Assembly (NCBI GenBank): GCA_951406725.2
Contig: OX597830.1
Span: 23,994,001-24,058,000, forward strand
Length of the DNA: 64,000 nt
Reading direction: 5' to 3'
Origin: Octopus vulgaris
Taxonomy: Eukaryota
The position numbers were made by a program, and so were the translations under genes. Below, in pieces: positions 1 through 14,509 of the stretch (the stretch's first letter is position 1; every line of letters begins with the position of its first letter). A model generated the notes under the pieces. That model was not told the origin of the DNA. It was given only the letters and a program-made list of their open reading frames with translations, and searched no databases.

Positions 1-15
1 GTATATATATAGATG

Positions 16-63
<48 letters not shown>

Positions 64-83
64 TATATATGTACATATAATAG

Positions 84-135
<52 letters not shown>

Positions 136-891
136 ATGTACATATATGGGTATATATATATTGCTATAAGTATATATACAGAAACATATATACATATAGA
201 CATATACTGAAATACACATCGACGTCCATTTAATTACACACATATACACGCACATATAATAAGGACAGACAGACAGAAAAACTGACAGGGACAGAAATAG
301 ATAGTAACATGCATACATACATACACAAACACATACATACCTACATATACATATATACACGCACATACATACGTACATTCATAAATACATACATACACAT
401 ATGTAAATTATCATCTGTTACTCAGCAAATATTGTGTAAGAGTAATAATATATATGCATGAGTCTATGAAACGAAAGTTTCTTAGATAGACAGTGTGATT
501 GTGTATAACCGAGTGCATAACATTAAGTATATAAAGTATGTGTCAATGAAGAAGTGAATGAGTATATATATATATAGCGCTCTCATTAACTGTTCAGCTG
601 CCATATTGTTGAATACACCAAACATTGTTAAATTCAACGTTGACTATTAATCATATTCAAGGTTCTAGAACCAATACAGTACAGCGAATTAGTGTATATA
701 CGTGTGTGTGTTCGCATGTGTGTGTGAGTGTGTGTGTGTGTATATATATATGTATATAGGTATCTTTGTGTGTATGTAGAGGTATGTCTATATATATATA
801 TATTATATGTAATACATATGTGAGTATATCTATATTATATGTATATCAATATATTGTATGTATATCCGTGTATTATATATATATACATACA

Positions 892-950
<59 letters not shown>

Positions 951-1365
951 TGTGTGTGAGAGAGAGAGGGGGTAATATCAATAGATGCACTCAGCTGGTG
1001 AATAGAACTTCACTGCACGCACCAGTAAAACTTCACTGAAGCCATGAAACTTCATCATGGTCGTCATCATCATCATCATCATCACCATCATCATCCTCAT
1101 GAGAACAATAGTTGCAGGGGTGGGGAGCTCAGCGGTAGCGGGTGCAGCGGAAATATCAACCGTAGAGAAACAAGAAAATAACAGTAAAAGTGAAAACAAA
1201 ATTAAAACTCGGAGAAGGAAAATTTACTCGTTATGTATATAGTTATTTGTGTACAAAATGATCCACATCAGTATATACACATATTTGTATGTGTATATGT
1301 ATATATATACGTATATATATATATGTATGTATATATATGTATATACATATGTATGTATGTCATGC

Positions 1366-1403
<38 letters not shown>

Positions 1404-1532
1404 GCATGCATACAAGAGTATATATTTTCATATATATGTACAGGTATATATGAACAGGAATTATATCTATACACATATATCTATACATTTATACGTATGT
1501 ATATATATATATATGTATGTATATATATGTAA

Positions 1533-1586
<54 letters not shown>

Positions 1587-1639
1587 ATGTATATATGTAT
1601 ATGTATGTATATATGTATATATATGTAAGTATGTTTATA

Positions 1640-1731
<92 letters not shown>

Positions 1732-2057
1732 TGTATGCATGTATGTATGTATGTTTGTACGAAATAGAGGTTATATTTATTGGAAAACAGTCATTGATTT
1801 AATCCCTACATACAACTCCTCACGCAAACGCTCATATACTTATATATACTTATATATACATACTAGAATGCACAAACACCCATGTATAGATATAGGTATA
1901 CACATATTAGATATGTATGTATTGCATATACATATATTTAAAGTATAGATAAATATACATACGTGTAGCCACCCACAGTTATTTATATTAATATTAAGCG
2001 TATATTCTAATAAAGTTGTATGCGTGTGTCTGAATGTATATATATATACATACATAC

Positions 2058-2128
<71 letters not shown>

Positions 2129-2142
2129 GAGATATTGGGGGC

Positions 2143-2179
<37 letters not shown>

Positions 2180-2296
2180 TTGTATATAACCTGATGCATA
2201 TGAATTTTACAATAAATGTGAATTTCTTTATAACTGGTAAAAATCACTTGCACGTACCCACTACACATACATACATATACATATATATATGTGTGT

Positions 2297-2335
<39 letters not shown>

Positions 2336-2361
2336 TATATATATATATATATATGTATGTG

Positions 2362-2392
<31 letters not shown>

Positions 2393-2430
2393 ATATATGT
2401 ATATATATATATATATATATGTATATGTAT

Positions 2431-2461
<31 letters not shown>

Positions 2462-2892
2462 TGTATATATAGTTATATATTCATATCTATCTATTTATCT
2501 ATCTATATATATCTCTCTCTCTCTCTCTCACTCTCTGTATATTTGTGTGTGTGTGTGTAGATATACCTAGACACACAACCATACGTGCGCATACACTGGC
2601 TCACACATACGCACTCACATTGACACACACAAACGCATATAGAGATTGAAGAAATTAATAAGTTCCAGAAACCTCTCTCAAGAAATTCTACCAGATTTAC
2701 TTTTCTTTCAGTCTTGAATTTATTTCAATAGAAAGCCGAAACGAAGGCAGAATGACTGAGAGTGGAGGTCGTAGGAGGAAACTGACTGGAGTGGTAGTTG
2801 GTGGAGTGCGTGTTGGTTGGCGTGTTGGATGGTAGAGAGAAGGTTGGTTGGAATGGTTTTACGGGGGAGGGACCTCAAGAGTTGAAGGAAAT

Positions 2893-2977
<85 letters not shown>

Positions 2978-3116
2978 AATCTATCTATCTATCTATCTGT
3001 CTGTCTCTCTGTCATTATGTCCCTATCTATCTATGTATATATATACATGTATATATGTATATATATATATGTGTGTGTGTAATAAATATATGTATGCATG
3101 CATATTATATATACAT

Positions 3117-3176
<60 letters not shown>

Positions 3177-3258
3177 GTATTTTCACACATATATGCATGT
3201 ATGCATATATGCCTGTATGTATGTATTTATCTAGCTATCTATTTATCGCTTTCTCCTT

Positions 3259-3321
<63 letters not shown>

Positions 3322-3340
3322 TAGATAGATAGATAGATAG
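1..3340. repeat. Compound microsatellite field: (TA)n, (TATG)n, (GA)n, (GATA)n, (CA)n with short unique spacers
   Basis: Directly visible simple repeats; they explain the YIYI/YLSI/CMYV ORFs. Similar fields recur throughout the window. Confidence 0.97.
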
Positions 3341-3769
3341 ATGTATTAAGATGGAGGTAAGAACGTTGCAAAGAGTGTTGCGAAGTGGTGGGATTGTAAG
3401 AAATTGTGGAAAATCAATTCTCTTTGAAAATTTAGGTTCGATTTCTGCATTTCATGCGTTGACTGATATATTCCTCATGTGTATATGTGTATATATCTAT
3501 GCGTATATGTGTGTGTGTAAATATGCATGTGAGTGCAATGTGTGTCCGTGTCTCTGTATGTACATGTCAGTTTGGTATGGTGTGTATATGTATATGCATG
3601 TGTGTGCCTTCGTTTTATTATGAATGTGTCTGTGTATGACTGGTTGTATTTAGTATGTATGAGTGTGCTGGTTTGTTGCAGTATGTGAGTGTATGTCAGT
3701 GTGTGTCTGTGTGTGAGGCGCAGTTCGTATGTGTGTGTGTGTGTGTGTAATATGACTTAGTGTGTAATT

Positions 3770-3990
3770 TGGTTTTAACGTGTATGTGTACGTATGATTT
3801 AGTTCAGTGAGTGTGTTTGTGTATGTCTATGCGCATGCGTGTGTTTCTTTGTGTGATGTGTGTGGGTTGTCTGACCAAATAGATAAGAGGCAACCCACAT
3901 ATATCACACAAAGACACACACTCATACGCATAGAGACACACCAACACATACACTAAACTAAATCACACACCTACCCACACGCTAAACCAG
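3770..3990. repeat. Long imperfect inverted repeat (foldback) with a 15-nt loop
   Basis: 3847-3872 pairs with 3888-3913 (26 bp, 3 G-U on + strand); ungapped pairing continues outward about 50 bp with about 8 mismatches. Confidence 0.85.
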
Positions 3991-4059
3991 TCACACACAC
4001 ACACATACACACACACATGCACATACACACACGCACACTAATCAAGCACATTGCCGCTT

Positions 4060-5300
4060 TTGCCATTATGTTTGGTTACTTTGTGATAATTAATGGTTAC
4101 TTTATTTATGGTCATTGAGTGTTTAGTATGAGATTAGAGCGTGGTTACTATTTGCTTACTATGTGATAATTTGTCGTTATATGTGGTTACTCTCATTATG
4201 GTCATTGAATGTTTATTATGGGTTTATTGTGTGGCTACTTTTGGTTACTACATGATTAGTTTTAGATATTATGAAGTTATGAATGTTTAGTTTCGAATTG
4301 GTGTATGTTTACTATTTTGTTGATATGATAACTTTTGATAATAAGCACGAGCGTAGGTGTGTTGGAAAGTTTGCTTTCTAACTAAATGGTTTCGTGTTCA
4401 GTCCCACTGCGTGGAAAACAAGGGCAAGTGTCTGTTACTACAATCTCGAGCCGACGAAATTTTTCAGATTGTATTTGGTAGGCGGAAACAGGAAGGAGCC
4501 TGTCGTGTATGTGTAATATATAAGCATGTGTGTGTATGTGTGTGTATTTGTGTCTGTGTTCGTCCCTACCCCCCCCCCACTTGACAACCGGTCTTGGTAA
4601 ATTTACGTCCCTGTAACTTAGTCGTTCGGCCAAAGAGAGCGATTGAATAAGTACCAGGCTTTTAAAAAATTTAAGTACCGGTGTTGATTCATTCGTCTAA
4701 AATCCTTCAAGCAGTGCGTAGGCAAGGTCGAGGTCTAAAAAGTCTAGCAAGTAAAAGATATAAAATATACAAATGATATGCGCGATTAATGTAACTATGG
4801 TCATTGAGTGTTTAGTATGGGATCAGTTTGTGGTTACTTTAACTATGGTCATTGCATGTTTAGTATAGAAAGAGTGTATTGTTAATATGTAGTTATAATG
4901 TGATTAGTTTGTGATAATATGTGGTTACTGAAACTATCGAAATTACGTATGAATATAGGTTTAGTGTGTAGAGATTGTGGCTATGTGATTAACTGTGGTT
5001 AACATTAAAGTTTGTGGCAACTATATGGTTACTTTCTGGTTTTTACATGTTTTTCGTGGGACTAGTATGTGTTTTCTATGTGGCTAGTGTATTCGCGCTT
5101 AATATGTGGTCACTGTATGGTTATTATATGATTAGTGTTGGTTTAGGTTTTTGTTACTATGTGGTTAGTGTGTTGCTGGAGCGCGTTTATTAGTAATTGG
5201 TTAGTAGTTGGTTAGTATGTGAGCAGTACGTGGCTATTATTTGGTTTGCGCGTGTGTGGCTACTATTTTGTTGCTGGGATGAACTTTACTTCAAATAATC
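4060..5300. repeat. Degenerate GT-rich low-complexity/minisatellite tract, interrupted by a SINE
   Basis: Recurrent tggttact, ggtcattg and gtttagtatg motifs. Confidence 0.6.
4346..4760 (+). mobile_element. tRNA-derived SINE, family A (diverged copy)
   Basis: B-box-like gttcagtcccactgcgtgg, gggcaagtgtc, internal (TG)n spacer, second module cttgacaaccgg...gaataagtacc, tail aagtaaaaga; aligns with the minus-strand copies. Confidence 0.85.
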
Positions 5301-5384
5301 CGGTTACTACAGAAATTGTATTTCCCTGTAACATTGTTATAGTTAAAGTAATATATATTATGATGTGCTGTATGTATGTGTATG

Positions 5385-5428
<44 letters not shown>

Positions 5429-6240
5429 TATTGATATATGCCTCGGTCCCTCTCTCTCTCTCTTGCTCTCTCTGTATATACACACATATATAATATATGA
5501 ATAATGTATACATACTTGTGTATATATATATACTTTAAAATATGCATATATATATATAATTATCTATCTCTATATATATTATATATATAGCTATATATAT
5601 GTGTGTGTATAAAATATATGATCTACATATAGTATATAATATGAAACATATATCTATATCATATATAATATATTTATGACACAAGTATAATGTATTATGT
5701 AATATATATGTGTCCGTGTGTGTTCAAATATATATGTGTGTTTGTGTGTGTGTATGTGAGTGCGTTGGTTGTCTTTATAGCTGTCCGCTCACATTCATGC
5801 ATCTCCATTTTTCTCTAACTACAACACCAGTCTCTCTCACCCTCCGTCTCTGTCTGTCTGCTAGTCTGTCTGTCTGTCTCACCTCCTTCTATCTGTCTGT
5901 CTGTCTGTCTATTTCTCTCTTAATAGTTTCTGTCCTTCTTAGTTTTCACCCTTTTACTTTCTTCCCCCGCTTCCTCCTCCACCTTTCACTTACTTTTAAG
6001 CCTTACAATTATGTAAACGTGCGTAGAAACACATATACATCTACACATATACATCTACACACACGAAAATATACACATACAGACACAAACATATACATAC
6101 ACATACATGCATATATACACACGCTCCCATACTACCATTACTCATTTTATGCTTCAACAAAACCACAATTTTCTTTTATACATGGAAAAAAAATCGATAA
6201 ATTTGATTTTATTTCGAAGGAAAATTATTCCTTATAAAAC

Positions 6241-6313
6241 TGGTGTAGTAGTAGTAGTAGTTATTATTGTAGTAGTAGTTATTATTGTAGTAGTAGTAGT
6301 AGTAGTTATTATT

Positions 6314-6362
<49 letters not shown>

Positions 6363-6379
6363 AAGTAGTAGTACGAGCA

Positions 6380-6474
<95 letters not shown>

Positions 6475-7100
6475 TGTAGTAGTAGTAGTAGTAGTAGTAG
6501 CAGTAGTAGTAGTAGTAGTAGTGGTAGTAGTAGTAGTAGTTGTAGTATCAGCAGTTACAGCAGCAGCAACAGTAGTAGTAATATATGAAGAGGAGGGTTG
6601 GAAGGAAGAAGAAAAAGAAGAACAACTAGAGGAGGAGGAGGGGAGGAGGAGAAGAAGAAGAAGAAGAAGAAGAGAAAGAAGAAGAACAAGAAGAAGAAGA
6701 AGGAAGAGGAGGAGAAGAAGAAGAAGAAGAAGAAGAAGGAAGAGAAGGAGAAGAAGAAGAAGAAGAAGAAGAAGAAGAAGAAGAAGAAGAAGAAGAAGGA
6801 AGAGGAGAAGAAGAAGAAGGAAGAGGAGGGAAGAAGAAGAAGAAGAAGAGAGGAGAAGAAGAAGAAGAAGAAGAAGAAGAAGAAGAAGAAGAAGAAGAAG
6901 AAGAAGAAAATTGTGATGATGATGTGGAGCAGGAGGAGGGAGAAAAAGATGAACGAATGAAAGAAGAGGGAGAGAAGAGGAGGAAGAAGTGGGAAAAAAG
7001 AAGAAAGAAAAGAAAACGAAAAGGAAGAAATAGCAGAAGGAAGAGAAGATGAAGCTGAAGAAGTATATTGTTTTTGTTATTGTTGTTGTTGTTATTGTTA
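6241..7100. repeat. Compound trinucleotide array (GTA)n-(TTA)n-(GTA)n-(GAA/GAG)n
   Basis: Visible; source of the poly-V/poly-R/poly-K ORFs 6107..6916 and 6598..6960. Confidence 0.97.
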
Positions 7101-7234
7101 TAAGGTTCGATTAAAGATATCTACACTTCCCATTTTTCCAACAAAATATTTTCGAAGTATATTCACTGATATGAGAAAGGATAAAATGAATAAAGTACGT
7201 GAACTCAGTTGGAGTAGAACCCAATATATCCCTG

Positions 7235-7470
7235 GTACTCTGTCGGTTACGACGACGAGGGTTTCAGCTGATCCGATTACCGGGACGTCCTGCTCATAAA
7301 ATTAAGTTGCATGTGGTTGAACACTCCACAGACACGCGTACCCTTAACGTAGTTCTTAGGGAGATTTAGTGAGAGACAGAATACAACAAAGGTGGCCCAT
7401 TGAATTACAGGTACTACTCATTTTTGCCAGCCATGTAAACTGAAGCAACGGGAAATAAATTTTGTTGCTC
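7235..7470 (-). mobile_element. SINE 3' half (family C/D tail)
   Basis: Reverse complement of the ctacgttaagggtac...ccctcgtcgtcgtaaccgac tail seen at 20430-20520 and 40935-41056. Confidence 0.8.
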
Positions 7471-7684
7471 TCAGACAGCCCTCATTGAGTATTGTTATGT
7501 CCGCAAATGTTCCATCCGGGGCCATCTCGTCCTTTTGTATATCAGGGAGTAAACTTTACAGATTTATATAACTTGTAACATCTGTAAAATTTAAATTCGA
7601 ATAACTGTGAGTCTATGTCTACAAAAGACAATGTCTATTGGAATCCAATTTGGTCGGAAATGATAATGTCACTTTCTGATATTA

Positions 7685-8969
7685 TTAAGTCGACAAGTAT
7701 AAAATTTATACTAAGATATATGGTAAACATTGACAGCTGCCTCATTTTGCGCCATTATTATATTTTGACAATCTTTATATTTGCTTAGAAAGCTGACATC
7801 TATTTCTTTATTCTAACTCATTTTGCGTTTTATAAAGTATTTATAAATCGTTTTTTTTTTTTTGCTATTTTTGTTTAGAGATGGATAAGTCGGAAATTCG
7901 CACAGTTTTGCAATATGAGTTCTTTCTTGGAAATACAGCGTCACAGACGGCTCGGAATATTAATGGAGTATTTCACTCCAATGTTATTACACAACAGACA
8001 GTATCAAATTGGTATGCACAATTTCATTCTGGTAACTTTAACCTCACAAATGAGCAACGCGGTCGACCAGAAACAAAGGTGGTTAATGACGAACTGAAAG
8101 CTACCGTCGACTCAGATCCATCTCAAAGTGCCCATGAATTATCGTTGTTTGTTGGTAGCAAGCAAACGATATTGACTCACCTAGTTCAAATCGGTAAAGT
8201 GAAAAAGTTGGATAAGTGGGTTCCACATGAACTCAATGAAAATCAGAAACAGCAACGATTGGAAGACTGCATTATGCTACTTTCTCGTCACAAAAATGAA
8301 TCATTTTTTAATCGAATCGCAACATGTAATGAGAAATGGATCCAATACATCAACCGTAAACGTCCAGCACAATGGTTGGATAAAGACGAGCCACCAAAAC
8401 AGTCCAAAAAGCAAAATTCATCAAAAGAAGCTGATGGTGTGTATTTGGTGGTCTAGCGCAGGTGTGATCCAATATGATTTCATTAAACTTGGCTCATCAA
8501 TCAAGCCCGATGTATACTGCAGCCAACTGAACCAAATGATGCAGAAACTTACAAAAAAACCCAGCCTAGATTAGTCAACAGATCCACTGCTATTTTATTG
8601 CAAGACAACACCAGACCACGCATAACAAAAATGACATTGGCGAAACTATAGGAGTTGGAGTTGGAAGTTCTCCATCATCCACCATACCTGATCTTGTTCG
8701 CACTGACTACCACTTCTTCCAGAATTTGGATATCTTTTTGATAAGAAAAAAATTTAATTCTGACGATGGTGTGAAACAGGCCTCCAATATTTTATTGACT
8801 CTAGATTGCCAGGCTTTTACAGTTCCGGGCTGGACAAGCTACCACTAAAATGGCAAAGGTGTATTGACAATATGGGTGCATAGTTTGATGAATAAAACTA
8901 TTCCTTGTATTTATAAAACATCAGCAAACCTTTTTCTCTTTTCTACAAATTTCCTACTTGACCACCTAA
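7685..8969 (+). mobile_element. Full-length decayed mariner DNA transposon (1285 bp)
   Basis: Left TIR ttaagtcgacaagtataaaatttata (7685-7710) matches the reverse complement of the right end, ttaggtggtcaagtaggaaatttgta (8944-8969); TA flanks both sides; transposase inside. Confidence 0.93.
7881..8895 (+). pseudogene. Mariner transposase pseudogene (Hsmar1/SETMAR-like)
   Basis: N-terminal HTH with RGRP, WVPHEL motif, TCNEKW (first catalytic D replaced by N), LMVCIWW, LQDN, HPPY..DL..TDYHFF and KWQRCID; several frameshifts and stops. Confidence 0.93.
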
Positions 8970-8993
8970 TATATTTTGGGTTATGTGGACAGT

Positions 8994-9250
8994 GTGAAGG
9001 CGCATAGCCTTGTGGTTAAGATTTTGCGCTTCCGATCGTGATATCGTGGTTTCAGTTCCTGGACCGAGTAATTCGTTGTGTTCATGAGCAAAACACTTCG
9101 CATGTTGCTCTCTGATACCTGGCATGTGGCACACCGTGCACCCGTCCAGGCTACGTCGATTTGATGGAGTGAGCTAATGTACAACAGAAATATTTGATCG
9201 CTATAAACCAAATCTTTGTACAGGTTGTTCGACAAAAACTTGCAGGACTG
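8994..9250 (+). mobile_element. tRNA-derived SINE (diverged)
   Basis: A-box-like tagccttgtggttaag, B-box-like gtttcagttcc, then gttgtgttcatgagcaaaacac core. Confidence 0.7.
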
Positions 9251-9442
9251 TCTGGACTACGAGAGACTACCATCACGAGGATAGTGAGTCTGTTGAAAAG
9301 TATACGACCAAGTGTTTGCTCTTGCTAGTATTAGAAGCGATACACATTTATAATTTCCGTAGTCTGTTTTATCTTTCTTTTGTTTTTCTAAAAACAAAAA
9401 CATAGAAAAAAAACCGACCATTCTAGTGGCGAATCCCTTAAG

Positions 9443-9736
9443 GGTAAGTGGCTTGGTGGTTAGGGTATTCAGCTCACGATCGTAAATTCGAGAGTTCGAT
9501 TCCCAGTGGAGCGTTGTGCCCTTGAGCAAGACATTTAATTCACATTGCTCCGGTCAATTCAGCTGGCAAAAATGAGTTTTAACTGAATTTCAAAGGGCCA
9601 GCCTTGTCCTATTCTGTGTCATGCTGAATACGCATGTCTGTGGAGTGCTCAGCCATTTCCGCGTTAATTTCACAAACAGGCTGTGCCGCTGATCGCACGA
9701 CTGGAATCCTCGTCGTGGTCGTAACCAACGGAGTAT
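9443..9736 (+). mobile_element. tRNA-derived SINE, family D
   Basis: A box tggcttggtggttagg, B box gttcgattccc, core gttgtgcccttgagcaagac, cagctggcaaaaatgagt, shared C/D tail. Confidence 0.85.
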
Positions 9737-11107
9737 CCCAGCCCATTCCAGCCCAGTCAATGTCGAATCCCCTCTCAGTTTGTCCTGGATGGTTGTCACA
9801 TTAAATCCACCGTCTTCCCAGATTTCAACGAAAAGTACATGCTGCACTAGAAGCTCTACTCCCAGTGAGATAAGAATATACACCAGCATTTCCTCCATTT
9901 TAAATATCACGTCGAGGACTCACTGACACTGCGTTGTTGGCTCTTATCAAGTCCCACAAGATCTATGAAACCTGCTATATTGAATAATTGCTGAGCCTTT
10001 TCATTTTATCACGCCTGTACCCTTCCTTTGTCTGAGATCATTTCGTTATCCTCAGCTGACACGACGGCGATAAGGCCCTTTCTCTGTCTTCCTAAATGCC
10101 TTTCATATCAGTCATTCCTATGTACTGTCCATTACAGTTCTTGTGCTTTCTTTTCTTATCATTTTCACTTTAGAATTGTCTTTGTGATGTTTAGCAACTA
10201 TTTTTTGTGTAATCGGAATTGGTTGATGTTGTACTTCAAGTTTCTATCTTCCTTTGATAGTTTCTTTTATTTCCTGGAGCTGCGTTTTCAAAACTGTTCA
10301 TTGCGGTCAAACAAATTTTGATGCTCCAATCAGGTTTGCAGATAACAAACCTAGCTGTGTCCTATAATATTTGTCGACGGCATGATCCCTATTAATCGAT
10401 CGACATGTCTTCTGCGCATCCTACTGGGCAAATTCATCCTTCATCTCTTCAAATTCTACTTTAAATCTATTCCTAGGTCGACATGTTTAGCAAGTCTTTG
10501 TCTTTCGTGCTTGTGCTTTTGGCATATTTTGAAATTAACCCTAGCGCTTAATAACAGATGAATAATCTAACAGCTTAGACACCAATAATACTGTGGTTAT
10601 AAATTTCCTCCTGCGGCCCTGAAAGGATAAAATTAGATAAAATTAGACAAAACCAGTCATATGCCAATGCCTAGCGTAGTGCTCTATTTGAACAAGATAT
10701 ATGCTACAACTTTTCTAACACATTACATGGATTGAGCAGAAGCTCTTTGATGGAACTTTTGCCTCCAACACTATGCCCACTTAAAAATAAAGGGTCAATT
10801 TCTATGGTCTTTTCTAATCCTGACATTGCAGTACCTCATTAATTGCAGTGTGTCTCTGTGGAGGTATTGTGTTACGTATGCACTAACAGGCTATAGAAGG
10901 TTCCCTTGATTTCTTTGTTTGTTTTTCATTTTCTAGTCAGGGGAAACGGAAGTGCCGCTGACCCGTTACAGGACCCTTAAAACTGGTGGGAGGAGAGGAG
11001 GAAAGTATCCTCAACGATAAAACTAGCGCGAATTCAGCAGAGTGGTCTCCATAGAAGACACCCAGGGTGAACGTTGGTTGTGTTAAACGTGTCAGTGAGG
11101 TAGATTT

Positions 11108-11310
11108 GTATGTATGTATGTATGTATGTATGTATGTATGTATGTATGTATGTATGTATGTATGTATGTATGTATGTATGTACGTATGTATGTATGTATG
11201 TACGTACGTACGTATGTATGTATGTATGTATGTATGTATGTATGTATGTATGTATGTATGTATGTATGTATGTATGTATGTATGTATGTATGTATGTATG
11301 TATGTGTGTA
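11108..11310. repeat. (TATG)n microsatellite
   Basis: Directly visible. Confidence 0.97.
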
Positions 11311-12030
11311 TGAATCAATGTATGTATACATATATGTATGTATACATACATACATGCTTGTATGTATCAATGTATCTATGTACTTATATACACAAAATCT
11401 ACTCAGAGTGCATTGGTTGGCCGGCGGCTATAGTAAAAGACACTTACGCAAAGTGCCCCACGATGGGACTGAATCAGGATAACCATGCTTTCAAAGCGAA
11501 CTTCTTAAATAGACAGTTTCATACAACTGTGTGCGCGCGCAGGTGCGTATGCGAGCATATATGTGTCAAGTGTCTGTCCGTATGTCTGTCCGCCGTATAT
11601 TCTGAAAGCATAGCACAAACAACAGCAAAACGACATATTATATTATTTATATGTTATGTTGTTGTCATTGATGTTGACGTTGTTGTCGTTCGTAATCTCA
11701 CAGACCAAGGCGGATATAAAATCTATTCTGAAAAATAAAGCAGCAATGTTTTTAAATTCAATTTTGTATATTTTTCGTATTCCCATAAAATAACCTAAGC
11801 ATTTTGTCGTACAATTATATTGCATTATCAACTGTCTCTGGAGGAAGAGAACTGATGAGAGACAAAGAGAAGCATAACATACTGTGAAAGAAAAGATTAG
11901 AGATGAAGCAAAACACAGAGAGAGAGAGAGAGAGATTTGAGGAGAAAGACAGTGAGAGAGAAGACAAGTAATAATGTTGGTTTCTATATATTTTTATTGC
12001 TATCTTTTATTCCAAATTCTGACTTTTATA

Positions 12031-12102
<72 letters not shown>

Positions 12103-12407
12103 ATATTTACCAGAAAATCGAGTAACAATAAAAAAGTTTGGAAAACAAATGCTACCTGTGACTGACAGCACAATTTTTCGGGCGAAAGTATGATGTCTGT
12201 TATGGAAACATTTTATAACTGTGTCATCATTTAAATCTCAGGTTAGATGATATAGGCAGGTACGCGCGCGTGTGTATATATGTATATAGGCAAATACAAG
12301 CGGGAATGTGTCTACGTATATATGTATTAATGTGTGTGTATGATTATACATATATATACACACACACACACACATATACATAAATATATATATATATATA
12401 TATAAAT

Positions 12408-12623
12408 ATTCTTTAATTCTTTTACTTCTTTCAGTTATTTGACAGCGGCCATGCTGGAGCACCGCCTTTAGTCACACAAATCGAGCCCAGGGCTTATTCT
12501 TTGTAAGCTTAGTACTTATTCTATCGGAGCCTTTTGACGAACCGCTAGATAATGGGGATGTAAACACACCAGCATCGGTTGTCAAGCGATAGTGGTGGGG
12601 GCCAACACAGACACACAAATAAA

Positions 12624-12654
<31 letters not shown>

Positions 12655-12668
12655 CATACATACATACA

Positions 12669-12704
<36 letters not shown>

Positions 12705-12845
12705 TATTCACTTTTCCGTCTATCAAATCCACTCACAAGGCTTTGGTCGGCCCGAGGCTACAGTAGACGACACTTGCCCAAGGTGCCAGGCAGTGTGACT
12801 GAACCCGGAACCATGTAGTTGGGAAGCAATTATCTTACCACACAC
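12408..12845 (-). mobile_element. SINE family A with internal (CATA)n
   Basis: Same head and tail modules as 19646-20111. Confidence 0.9.
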
Positions 12846-13030
12846 ACATGTATACACACGCATATATATATACACACACACACGCATACACACATATATA
12901 TACATGACTATGTAAATGTCATTGTATTTAGGATATATAACTATATCTATGTGTGCGCGTGTGTGTGTATATGTTTTTGCATTTTCTTGTGTGTTCGTGC
13001 GTGCATGCGCGCGTGTGTGTTATTGTGTGT

Positions 13031-13069
<39 letters not shown>

Positions 13070-13394
13070 CAAACTGAGTAGGCTTCGAAACGTGTCAAAT
13101 TTACCTACTTCAGCGAACAGCCTTCAACGATTTCCGACATTTATTGGGATTACATCAGTGGCGTTTAGATCAATACAACATTCCCTGAGAAACATACAGC
13201 CAATGTGTTCCTACACAAATCAAATGTAGAGGGTTCAAAGAACTGGCTTTACTAATTTGACATATTATGTTTAACACTGATATTTAATGTCACATGGTCC
13301 ATCCACTCAGCAGGAAAATTTTACATAACGTGAAAACCTACGTAGGACACATATAGACATGTTGAATTTACCTATTGTTATATATTGGTTTCGT

Positions 13395-13693
13395 GGAAGC
13401 ACATGGCCTAGTAGTTAGAGTAGCGGACTCGCGGTCGAGGGACCGCAAGTTCGAATCTCATACCGGGCGATTTGTGCTTATGAGCGAAACACTTACGCTC
13501 TACGCGGCTCCGGCAGAAGGTAATAGCGAACCTCTGCTGACTCTTTCGCTACAACTTGCTCTCGCTCTTTGTTCCTGCATCTAGCAGCTCACCTGCAACG
13601 GACCGGTGTCCCGTCCAGGTGGGGAACCTTCTAAGCCAATGAAACCGGGAAACCGGCCCTTATGAGCCAAACATGGCTCGAGAAGGAACAAGC
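13395..13693 (+). mobile_element. SINE family C, alternative-tail variant
   Basis: tRNA head tggcctagtagttagag...gttcgaatctc; tail cccgtccaggtggggaacc...gaaaccggccc...ggctcgagaaggaac, matching 57880-58158. Confidence 0.88.
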
Positions 13694-13697
13694 ATAT

Positions 13698-13918
13698 ATT
13701 GGTTTCAAGTTTCGGCACGAAGCCAGCAATTTTAGGGGAGGGTTTAGGTCGATTAGACCGACCTCAGGATTCAACCGGTACTCATTTTATCAACCGTCGA
13801 AAATATGAAAGGCAAAGTCGACCTCGGCGAAATTTTATCTCAGAACGTAAAGACGGACGGAATGCCGCTAAGCACTGTGCCCGGCGGGTGCTCACGATTT
13901 TGCCAGCTCACTGCCTTA
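13698..13918 (-). mobile_element. SINE family B
   Basis: Reverse complement of gagctggca...ttacgttctgag...gaggtcgactttgcctttcat...gaaaccaatat. Confidence 0.85.
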
Positions 13919-14509
13919 CCTTTTGCTATATGTTCACTACAGTTGTTGGCTGGCGTCAAGAATCGGTTGGTGTTTTGTATTGTGCTTCCGCTAATTATTG
14001 TAATTCGAAAAGTAGTCGTGAGCAGACACAGACGGCCTCGCTGTCTTTCAAGCATGACTCGGAGGAATATCCAGCATGTGACCAGCACGAAGGAGAGGTA
14101 ACTGCACCAGTATTTGTCTGGCACTCATTTCAGTTAAAAAGACTAGAGCAATGTGAAATGAAGATACTTGCTCAAGAGTACAATGCAGCGTATCTACGGT
14201 TTAAGACCTTGAGCTAGCCCTACAACTTAACCTCATACCTGCATAAGATACGCACACACACACATACGCACAATCACACACACAAACACACACATACATA
14301 CACACATATATATGTTAGGGATGATAGCTGGTTATAGAGAAAGACAGGGAGAAACAAGGAAAGAAATGAAGAAATGGAAATGAGGAGGAGGGCTGATGAA
14401 ATAGGGAGAAAGGTACGAGGAGATGTATATGTACGTATGTGTGTATACGTATGTATTTATCTATCAATATACATACATATATATATATGTATACACACAC
14501 ACATATATA

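Noticed and set aside
6107-6960. 269-aa poly-Val/poly-Arg and poly-Lys ORFs resembling protamine or membrane proteins
   Set aside because: Pure (GTA)n and (GAA)n repeats with single-codon usage.
9740-10000. Possible decayed LINE ORF1 on the minus strand
   Set aside because: Only vague similarity; no diagnostic motif intact.
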